Source: Candidatus Iainarchaeum sp.
GTDB lineage: Archaea > Iainarchaeota > Iainarchaeia > Iainarchaeales > JAFCCJ01
Assembly (NCBI GenBank): GCA_043816965.1
Contig: JBDRHK010000069.1
Span: 1 to 10,267 of the forward strand
DNA length: 10,267 bases
Direction of reading: 5' to 3'
A model generated the notes under the pieces. The model did not search any database. It was not told the origin of the DNA and was given only the letters and a program-made list of their open reading frames with translations. Both the position numbers and the translations under genes were made by a program. Shown one piece after another: positions 1-6,585 of this stretch (positions are counted from its first letter, which is position 1; the number at the start of each line of letters is the position of its first letter).

Positions 1-2
1 AG

Positions 3-26
3 CCAGAACCCGAGCCAGAGCCGGAA
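3..26 (+). repeat. Degenerate 6-bp tandem repeat encoding (PE)4, running off the window edge
   Basis: cca gaa ccc gag cca gag ccg gaa; third codon positions vary, so the repeat is conserved at protein level. Confidence 0.85.
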
Positions 27-335
27 TTTATAAGGGCAGGAGCAATTCTGAATTATAATAGCAATGAAAGGATTATGGGTGTGGGAAAGGAGATTTTAGT
101 TGACGGAAAGAACAACTATTCAGGCCAGATTTTGGCAATAAGGCTTGTGGAAATTTATATTACTGGGACAGAATACAGCGGAAAATTCGAGATTTTTAAC
201 AGTGGCGGGGAAAGGCTTGACAGGGAGGTTATTGAGGCAGGCCAGGATGTTGTTTTTTACGATTCCATAGGGGATGAAATTGGTGTTGACGCATTTATTA
301 CGGCAAAACAGTTCTTTATCTCGGCAACAGGCTGA
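3..335 (+). CDS. 5'-truncated hypothetical protein with a Pro-Glu linker followed by a ~100-aa beta-rich C-terminal domain; probably a surface/exported protein
   Basis: The frame of the 75..335 ORF is open from base 3 (PEPEPEPEFIRAGAILNYNSNERIMGVGKE...), so the Met at 75 is internal. Stop TGA at 333-335. PE repeats are typical linkers of extracytoplasmic proteins. Confidence 0.75.
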   Translation, partial: PEPEPEPEFIRAGAILNYNSNERIMGVGKEILVDGKNNYSGQILAIRLVEIYITGTEYSGKFEIFNSGGERLDREVIEAGQDVVFYDSIGDEIGVDAFITAKQFFISATG

Positions 336-344
336 GGGGTTATG

Positions 345-352
345 TTTATTAA
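345..352 (+). promoter_or_regulatory. Archaeal TATA box for the 430-aa gene (probably leaderless mRNA)
   Basis: TTTATTAA at -31..-24 from the ATG at 376; no SD motif before the ATG. Confidence 0.6.
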
Positions 353-375
353 TTCTTTAGGCTAAATAGTATACA

Positions 376-1668
376 ATGGCTGACATAAAAGTGCCGGATT
401 TAAAAGTCGGGAAGTTAAAAACAAACACCCTGCTGATTCTCGCAGGCGTTGTTTTCGCTGGCCTAATTATAATAATTCTTTTGTTCACCCTGTTTGGTCA
501 GCCTGCCGATGACGGTGTTGTGCCTGAATGCACTAGTGCTGCGGACTGCGAGGGAATGCAATCAGCAATTGCCTGTTACCCCTACAGCTGGAGCTGTGTT
601 GAGGGGAGTTGCGTTGCAAACTGCAGTCCATCCTGCAAAGAGAAATGGAGCTGTGGCGATTGGGGAGAATGTTCAAATGGCACAAGAGTCAGGGATTGCG
701 TTGAACTGAATGGCTGCAGCACCAGCTTAGAAAGGCCTGTTGAAAAGGAACCTTGTACCGAAGTTCCTGTCGATTACTGCATTGGCGCTAGTGATTGCGA
801 TGGCAAGGGCCTGATTCATGCCGATTGTGTGGGAAGCTGGGAGTGTGTAAGCAATAAGTGCGACTGGGACTGCGAAATAATCCCCCCAATAACCCCTCCT
901 GACACAACAGGGCCGATAATTAACCTTGATTTCGGGGAAAGTGTTGAGGTTAATGGCATTGAATTTGACCTTGTGAAAATTGAAGAATATCCGAGAATCC
1001 TGAGCGGTTACAGGAATTCAATTAATTTGCAGACCGCCACTAAAACCAAAACATACCTGACAGCCTGGGTTAAGGTTGTAAACAACAGTTCAGAAACCGT
1101 AAACATAACCGCCTCGAACTTTTCAGGAACTGATGATTTGGGAAATTCCTATGGTTTGGGGACCGGAATAAGGTATGATGCCCTGAATTCAAGGGCAGGA
1201 AGGCTTGCTCCTGGGCTTACAATAGCTGGCACAATAATCTGGGAGGTTCCTGAGGCGGCGAAAGCATTCACTGTTGAGTTTGATTTCACCAATCTGAATA
1301 CAGATAAGGAGATGCTGATTTGGGCAATTCCTGAAAGTGCGGTTACGCCAAGGGAATGCACTGGTTTTGACAAGGTCCAGTATCTTGCGCACTACTACAA
1401 TGAGGCAAGGGGGGAATTCCAGTTTGCCTTCAAGAATAACAGCGGAAAGGTGTGGAAAGAATATGAATTGGTAGTTGATGGCAATTCATCAATGGCGGTC
1501 TTTGACCAGCCAAGGCAGTTCCTGCAGTCATTTACCGATGTTATTGTTTATGTGCCGATGGACAAGGCGGCCATTGCAGTGGGCAAGCCATTTGATTTAA
1601 CCCTTGATTACAATGTTTTACTGGGTGACTTCTTCACGGAAAATGCAACGTGCACATACAGCACTTAA
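376..1668 (+). CDS. Membrane-anchored surface protein: N-terminal TM helix, three 6-Cys modules (central one thrombospondin-type-1-like), Pro/Thr linker, DUF4352-like Ig-fold domain, C-terminal domain
   Basis: 430-aa ORF. Basic N-terminus then hydrophobic aa ~19-40. 18 Cys in aa 52-166, including WSCGDWGECSNGTRVRDC. The pattern YLTAWVKVVNNSSETVNITASNF...DDLGNSY...LAPG...GTIIWEVP resembles DUF4352. Several N-x-S/T sequons. Confidence 0.8.
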   Translation: MADIKVPDLKVGKLKTNTLLILAGVVFAGLIIIILLFTLFGQPADDGVVPECTSAADCEGMQSAIACYPYSWSCVEGSCVANCSPSCKEKWSCGDWGECSNGTRVRDCVELNGCSTSLERPVEKEPCTEVPVDYCIGASDCDGKGLIHADCVGSWECVSNKCDWDCEIIPPITPPDTTGPIINLDFGESVEVNGIEFDLVKIEEYPRILSGYRNSINLQTATKTKTYLTAWVKVVNNSSETVNITASNFSGTDDLGNSYGLGTGIRYDALNSRAGRLAPGLTIAGTIIWEVPEAAKAFTVEFDFTNLNTDKEMLIWAIPESAVTPRECTGFDKVQYLAHYYNEARGEFQFAFKNNSGKVWKEYELVVDGNSSMAVFDQPRQFLQSFTDVIVYVPMDKAAIAVGKPFDLTLDYNVLLGDFFTENATCTYST

Positions 1669-2402
1669 GCCAATTCTTTCAGTTTACCGAAGAAATAGGG
1701 CCTATCTTCCACAACCCAGACCTCAAATTCCTGCAAATCCTGTTTCAGGAAAGGGCTGAGCCTTTTCTCCCTGGTTATGTCAGCCCCTATGGAAATTGCG
1801 TTCAGGGAAGGCATAACAACAAGGGTTTTCCCTTTCCACTTCCCACGCAAAAAGCATTTGAATAGTTCATGCTTTGCCCCCTCGCTGATTGAAACCGCAG
1901 GATGCTCATGGGCAATAACAATTGTTTTCGCGGAATCAATTTTCCCGGGTTCTGTCTTGTTGCCATGGAGGAAAAGCAGTTTCCCTTCCCCGAGGAAAAA
2001 TTCATCTAGAATTTCAATTCCCTCCCATTTTGCAATTGGGCCCAAAATGGAATCATGGTTTCCCTTTACAAGAATAATTTTTTTGCAGTATTTCTGCAGG
2101 AAACGGAGCAAGTCAATAACCTCGTTCCATTCCTGCTCGGAAATTGTCCCAAACTCATGCTTCAAATCCCCGTTTATAAGGATAAATTCAATTCCCTTAC
2201 CCCCTTTTTTCAAAACAGAAAACACCCTCTCCCTCAGCCTTTTCTGAATCTCCTTAAAATTGAACCTTGGAAGCAGCACTCCTTCCTTGTTCATCATTCC
2301 CTCATAGCCAAGATGCAGGTCTGCAATTGCAAGCAGTTTGCGCTTTTGCGAGTAAAGGGAAAGGTCAACTATCTCCCATCCGGGAATAATTTCATCAGCC
2401 AT
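1665..2402 (-). CDS. Calcineurin-like metallophosphoesterase (COG1407 / Lhr-associated MPE, PdeM-like nuclease)
   Basis: Motifs ADLHLG, NGDLKH, KGNHD, LHG, HEHP, then MPS. Start reassigned to ATG 2402 (MADEIIPG, 245 aa) because GGGGGTG lies at 2417-2411 and the 2462 start would overlap lhr. Confidence 0.9.
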   Translation of the reverse strand: MADEIIPGWEIVDLSLYSQKRKLLAIADLHLGYEGMMNKEGVLLPRFNFKEIQKRLRERVFSVLKKGGKGIEFILINGDLKHEFGTISEQEWNEVIDLLRFLQKYCKKIILVKGNHDSILGPIAKWEGIEILDEFFLGEGKLLFLHGNKTEPGKIDSAKTIVIAHEHPAVSISEGAKHELFKCFLRGKWKGKTLVVMPSLNAISIGADITREKRLSPFLKQDLQEFEVWVVEDRPYFFGKLKELA

Positions 2403-2424
2403 AATAAAAACACCCCCAAAAAAT

Positions 2425-5025
2425 TTAAGATTTTGACTTAATCCTGCTTTCAATTTCTGCATGCATCCTCTGAAGGAATTCCAATCTATCTTCCATTTTC
2501 AGCAAATCCATTCTCCCCTGCATGGCAATATTTATCGCAAATGGGGAGGGAATTTCAGTATTTATTCTCTCAAGCTTTATTTTTCCCTGCTCAATCTCCC
2601 CAATAATCAGGCCCGCATGCCCAATATCCATCAAATCCTCCAAAACCTCCCGCCTTGCCTCCTTCAATATGCTGAAATCGTTTGAAATTCTCTTCACTGC
2701 AGCAATAAGCAAACGTGCTGACATCTGCTGCCGTCCTGCGCTTTTCCTTCTCCCGCGGTATGAGCGCAGAATCATCAAACTCCTGACCGCGCAATGCCTG
2801 AACCTCCTCCCCAAAACCTCTGTCCTTTCAATCGCCATTTTCAGCAGTTCCCTGAGCTCATTGCTTTTCACCGCCCCCAGTGCCTTATCTATATTCATTT
2901 TTGAGTCGCTGCTCAGCATAAAGCCATTGTCATTGATGCTTATCTCCACATCCCTCCTGCTGAGTTTGGAGAGGGCAAAGCCATATGCCCTGCTCAAGGC
3001 GTCATTTGTCCTTCTCCCGAAAAGGGAATGGAAAACAATATTCTTTCTCCCCTGCTCATCCTCAAAGAATTCTATCAGCAGCCTGTTCCTGTGCGGAATT
3101 TTTGCGTAAAAATACTGCTCCCTGAAATACTCATATATTGCGGTTGCGGCATTCTCCTCAAGGTAAAGGTATTTCATTATAAATTCAACAATTTCCTTGT
3201 TACTCCGCTTTGCCGCAAACTTTCCCTCCATCAATTTCCTGAATTCACCAATTTGCTCGGCCAAATCAAAGCTCAATGGAAGCATTTCGCTAAACCAGCT
3301 TGGAACTGTCGGAGGCCTTTTGTATGCCGCAGAAACCTGGGCATTCATTCCTGAGGCATAGTTGAAAACATAGCTTTGCCCCCCAAGGACAAAAACATCC
3401 CCTTTTTTTAGCCTCATCAAAAAGCCCTCGTCTATAGTTCCAATTAGGTGGTCCTTAATCTTCACCTTAATCCTTGCCTCATCAGGAATTGTGCCGATAT
3501 TTGTCATGTAAATAATCCTCGCCATCTTCCCCCTTTTGCCTATCATTCCTGTTTTTTCATCATGCCAGATTTTTCCATATACATGCCTAAGTTCAAGTGC
3601 GGAATATTCCCCGCTAAGGTAGCTTATCACCTCATTGAAATCCATTCTGGGAAGCTGCCTGTAGCAATAACTCCCCCTGATGAGCTTAAACAGCTCATCA
3701 ATATGAATCGGTTCCTCAATCGCAATCCCATAAATATGTTGCGCCAGAACATCTAAGCAATTCTCAGGAATCTGCAATTTATCAATTTTTTTCTCAAGTG
3801 CATTTTTCAAAAGAACGGCACACTCAACCAAATCATCCCTGTCCATTACAATTATTCTTCCCTTAATCTTCTCGTGGAGCTGGTGCCCGCTCCTTCCCAT
3901 CCTCTGTATTGCCCTTGCAACACTTTTTGGGCTGCCCAAAAGCACAACCAAATCTATGTAGCCGATGTCAATTCCCAATTCAAGGGATGTTGAACATACG
4001 ACTGTTTTCAACTTCCCCTGTTTTAATCTCTCCTCAACATTCAGCCTCATTTCCCTGGAAAGGGAGGAGTGATGGGCGCCAATATTCCCCTCTGAGTAAA
4101 GGGTCGGGAATTTGTCCTTTAGATTATGGACAACCCTCTCAGTGGCCGACCTTGTGTTTGTAAAAATCAATGTTGTTTTATGGTCCTGAATCAGCTGGTG
4201 CAGTTTGCCGTAAAGGGCCTCATGTATCTGCCCTTGCGTGGTGTTGACCATGTCCCTTAAGGGGGAAATCACTTTCAGGTCCATTTTCTTGAGGAAGGAA
4301 ACATCAATAATCCTGCAATCCCTTGGCTCATTTTTGCCTTTGTTCCCAACCAGAAAATTCGCGACCTTTTCCAGCGGCGCAACTGTTGCGCTCAGGCCAA
4401 TCCTTGTCATTTCCGGGCTCAGGCGCCGGAGCCTTTCCAGTGAAAGTGAGAGGTGAACCCCCCTTTTGTTCTCCGCAAGGGAATGGATTTCATCAATTAT
4501 GCACCAATTTACCCCCCTTAAATTTTCCCTGAACTTTGGCGCGTTCAGCAGTATCGCAAGTGATTCAGGGGTTGTAATGAGAATATGCGGGGGCTTCCTG
4601 AGCATCTTTGACCTTTCAGATGTGGAGGTATCGCCGGTTCTTACCGCCACCCTAACATCAATTTTTTTCTTTATTTTTTTCGCCGCTGTTTTTATTTCCC
4701 CTAATGGTTCATTCAGGTTCCTTTCAATATCATTGCTCAGGGCGCGCAAAGGGGAAATGTAAACACAATAAACCCTGTCCTCAAGCCCCCCGGATTCTGA
4801 AAGGCCAATCAATTCACTCAAAATTGCGGTGAATGCTGAAAGTGTTTTGCCAGTCCCTGTTTCCGCGCTTACAAGGGTGTCAAGGCGGTTGTGGATGTTG
4901 AGGATTGAGTAGCGCTGGGGCTCTGTAAATGTGGAGAACTTCCACTTGAACCATGCCCCCATCAAGGGGTTCAGAACGCGGTAGATTTCCGCATCAGAAT
5001 GCTTTTCCTTCTGTAATTCAATCAA
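2425..5025 (-). CDS. lhr: ATP-dependent SF2 helicase Lhr (Lhr-core, COG1201)
   Basis: Q motif (FTEPQ), I AETGTGKT, Ia YISPLRAL, II DEIH, III SAT, IV FTNTR, V STSLELGID, VI QRMGRSGH, plus Lhr-typical GTIPD, PSW, RRFRH and PSPFA. Probable start is TTG at 5025 after GGTGAGG (5035-5029) rather than 5052. Confidence 0.95.
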   Translation of the reverse strand: MIELQKEKHSDAEIYRVLNPLMGAWFKWKFSTFTEPQRYSILNIHNRLDTLVSAETGTGKTLSAFTAILSELIGLSESGGLEDRVYCVYISPLRALSNDIERNLNEPLGEIKTAAKKIKKKIDVRVAVRTGDTSTSERSKMLRKPPHILITTPESLAILLNAPKFRENLRGVNWCIIDEIHSLAENKRGVHLSLSLERLRRLSPEMTRIGLSATVAPLEKVANFLVGNKGKNEPRDCRIIDVSFLKKMDLKVISPLRDMVNTTQGQIHEALYGKLHQLIQDHKTTLIFTNTRSATERVVHNLKDKFPTLYSEGNIGAHHSSLSREMRLNVEERLKQGKLKTVVCSTSLELGIDIGYIDLVVLLGSPKSVARAIQRMGRSGHQLHEKIKGRIIVMDRDDLVECAVLLKNALEKKIDKLQIPENCLDVLAQHIYGIAIEEPIHIDELFKLIRGSYCYRQLPRMDFNEVISYLSGEYSALELRHVYGKIWHDEKTGMIGKRGKMARIIYMTNIGTIPDEARIKVKIKDHLIGTIDEGFLMRLKKGDVFVLGGQSYVFNYASGMNAQVSAAYKRPPTVPSWFSEMLPLSFDLAEQIGEFRKLMEGKFAAKRSNKEIVEFIMKYLYLEENAATAIYEYFREQYFYAKIPHRNRLLIEFFEDEQGRKNIVFHSLFGRRTNDALSRAYGFALSKLSRRDVEISINDNGFMLSSDSKMNIDKALGAVKSNELRELLKMAIERTEVLGRRFRHCAVRSLMILRSYRGRRKSAGRQQMSARLLIAAVKRISNDFSILKEARREVLEDLMDIGHAGLIIGEIEQGKIKLERINTEIPSPFAINIAMQGRMDLLKMEDRLEFLQRMHAEIESRIKSKS

Positions 5026-5081
5026 CAGCCTCACCAGACTTCTACATAACAAGGGTTGATCATAAGTTAACCCCCTATAGA

Positions 5082-5101
5082 TTAACCTAAAGCAACATAA
5101 T
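5082..5101. repeat. 20-bp imperfect inverted repeat, left copy (partner 6468-6487)
   Basis: + strand TTAACCTAAAGCAACATAAT versus reverse complement of 6468-6487 TTAACCTAAAGCGACAAAAT: 18/20 identical, first 12 perfect. Confidence 0.8.
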
Positions 5102-5108
5102 TTAAAAA
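5101..5108 (-). promoter_or_regulatory. Putative TATA box for the lhr-MPE operon
   Basis: TTTTTAAA on the - strand in the AT-rich intergenic region; predicts a start near 5078 and a ~50-nt leader. Confidence 0.5.
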
Positions 5109-5133
5109 TTAATTAAACGAAAACCGGGTTTGG

Positions 5134-6300
5134 TCAGAAAAAAACTCCAACCACAATCAGAAATATGATGGAAATAATAATAAGTCCAATAAATATGGCT
5201 GCCCCTGCAATTGCCCCTTCCTTAATCCCATTTTTTGCCGCAAGGTAAACCGGCACCCCAAATCCGAGGGCCAAAGACACCAAAAGCCCGAGGAAAAGGG
5301 TTAGCATTACAATAAGCCCCATAACTGAGTAGGAAATCATTGAATCAAGAAGCACAAGTAAAATAAATGCCCCTATCCAGAAGAGAATCAATGCAAGGGA
5401 AACAGCGAATCCAATTCCCGCCATTTTTATGTAAGGGTTTATTTTAGTTACTGCCTGCTTTTTTCCGGAATCTATTTTTCCGGAACCTGTTTTGTTGCCT
5501 TTTGCCAATGCCCTGCCAACAATTTTCAGTGCGGCAAGAACCACCAAAAGCAGAACAATTACCGCCAGAACTATCTCTAACCAAAAAAGCGCAAGAATGC
5601 TTTTTGAATACTCTCCCCTTACATGGAAACTCTCCCAGGGGTCCAAATTCTGCGCAGTTTTTACCAGCCCTTTTGTGTTGCGGATGCTGTCTGAGTATTG
5701 TTTGTACTCGTAGCTTGCCTCTGATGCAACACTCAATTTCTGCATCCCGCCAACATCAAGAAAATCTGTTTTGTAATCAACCTCTGCAGAACCGCCTTTC
5801 AGATTCAGGCCTTCCTGCACATTTACCGCGACCCTCACATACTCAACAAGTGCGGCATCCTTATCGACAATTGTTTTGAAATCAATATCCCAGTTCCCGA
5901 GCATATTTTGTGTTGCTGATTTTGAAATTTTGTAGAATAAAGTTATTGTGCTGCTTCCATAGGCAGGAATTTTATTTGGCAAATCCATTTTCAGGATTGT
6001 CGCATTGGAAGTTAATTCCTTTTCATAACTGATGCGCTCTGCCCCTGGCTGCTCCTGGACAAGTTTGTAAACAACAACCTGGTTTGGAATTTCAAAACTT
6101 AATTCCTCAATTGGCTCATCAGTTGTATTTTCAATAACAATCTGCGCCCTGACAACGGCATCACCTTCTCCGTCGAAACTTACAGCGTAATACTGCTCCT
6201 TATGGATGTAGCCGTCACTTATCAGGGCACTAGTGGGGGTGATTAGCGTAAGCAGGACAAGCAACGCAAAAATTGCCGAAAATATTTTTCCTGATTCCAT
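5134..6300 (-). CDS. Hypothetical membrane protein: signal peptide, ~210-aa extracellular beta-rich domain, about four C-terminal TM helices
   Basis: 388-aa ORF. N-terminus MESGKIFSAIFALLVLLTLITPTSA looks like a cleavable signal peptide. One hydrophobic segment, a basic loop, then three more hydrophobic segments. No catalytic motif recognised. Confidence 0.85.
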   Translation of the reverse strand: MESGKIFSAIFALLVLLTLITPTSALISDGYIHKEQYYAVSFDGEGDAVVRAQIVIENTTDEPIEELSFEIPNQVVVYKLVQEQPGAERISYEKELTSNATILKMDLPNKIPAYGSSTITLFYKISKSATQNMLGNWDIDFKTIVDKDAALVEYVRVAVNVQEGLNLKGGSAEVDYKTDFLDVGGMQKLSVASEASYEYKQYSDSIRNTKGLVKTAQNLDPWESFHVRGEYSKSILALFWLEIVLAVIVLLLVVLAALKIVGRALAKGNKTGSGKIDSGKKQAVTKINPYIKMAGIGFAVSLALILFWIGAFILLVLLDSMISYSVMGLIVMLTLFLGLLVSLALGFGVPVYLAAKNGIKEGAIAGAAIFIGLIIISIIFLIVVGVFF

Positions 6301-6320
6301 GAAGGCATTGTGCAGGGGGA

Positions 6321-6328
6321 TTTATAAA
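6321..6328 (-). promoter_or_regulatory. TATA box for the 388-aa gene (probably leaderless)
   Basis: TTTATAAA at -28..-21 from ATG 6300; no SD. The box is palindromic, so it could also act on the + strand. Confidence 0.65.
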
Positions 6329-6372
6329 TAACCGGCGAAATTGTGAGGAAAAAACCTAATCGAAATATATTC

Positions 6373-6389
6373 AAAAAACAGAGAAAAAA
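6373..6389 (-). terminator. Tandem oligo-T archaeal terminator after the structured RNA candidate
   Basis: - strand TTTTTT-CTCTG-TTTTTT begins 1 nt after the closing stem; a third T6 lies at 6354-6349. Confidence 0.6.
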
Positions 6390-6495
6390 TGAGGTGCGGG
6401 AGCCATGAAGTATAACACTTTTACTCTCTTAGCAGAGTGAGCTTGCTCCCGACCTATGTGCTTACCTATTTTGTCGCTTTAGGTTAAATCACCTC
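6390..6495 (-). ncRNA. Candidate ~105-nt structured non-coding RNA of unrecognised family
   Basis: Closing stem GAGGUG/CACCUC (6495-6490 with 6396-6391). Hairpin ACCUA/UAGGU. 7-bp stem CGGGAGC/GCUCCCG enclosing two hairpins (ACUCU/AGAGU, AAGU/ACUU). TATA at -30..-23 and oligo-T directly downstream. No sizeable ORF. Confidence 0.6.
6468..6487. repeat. 20-bp imperfect inverted repeat, right copy (partner 5082-5101), inside the ncRNA candidate
   Basis: ATTTTGTCGCTTTAGGTTAA; its reverse complement matches 5082-5101 at 18/20. Confidence 0.8.
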
Positions 6496-6517
6496 GAAAG
6501 TATAAAGGGCATTCTCA

Positions 6518-6525
6518 TTTATATA
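6518..6525 (-). promoter_or_regulatory. TATA box with purine-rich BRE-like flank, positioned to start transcription at about 6495
   Basis: - strand GCAAGA-TATATAAA; the first G of the GAGGTG stem falls at +1 with the box at -30..-23. Confidence 0.6.
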
Positions 6526-6585
6526 TCTTGCCGGAACTTTAAGCCGTGAATAAGTTGTTAAAGTGAAGGCGTTACATTCGTTGCT

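Noticed and set aside
2403..2462. N-terminal extension of the metallophosphoesterase in the ORF track
   Set aside because: Overlaps the lhr 3' end; an SD supports ATG 2402.
5110..5131. Short palindromes TAATTA and AAACC-G-GGTTT downstream of the 388-aa gene
   Set aside because: Too short and AT-rich to support a call; the second may contribute to termination.
6394..6410. GTGCG and GAGCC words recalling group II intron 5' end and domain V
   Set aside because: No domain V/VI structure, no reverse transcriptase, far too short.
6405..6440. + strand mini-ORF MKYNTFTLLAE* behind GAGGTG, with possible UGA read-through
   Set aside because: Only 11 codons, the SD-like word is explained as a stem strand, and there is no selenoprotein-like context. 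Not fully excluded.
5082..6487. Insertion sequence bounded by terminal inverted repeats
   Set aside because: No transposase or recombinase inside or nearby and no target-site duplication. Kept only as an alternative explanation in the findings.
6390..6495. tRNA, 5S rRNA, SRP RNA, RNase P RNA, C/D sRNA or hammerhead identity for the structured element
   Set aside because: No TTCRA T-loop or 7-nt anticodon loop, no 5S loop C (CCGAAC), no complete SRP helix 8 with GNRA loop, no GAGGAAAGUCC, no RUGAUGA/CUGA boxes, no CUGAUGA/GAAA core.
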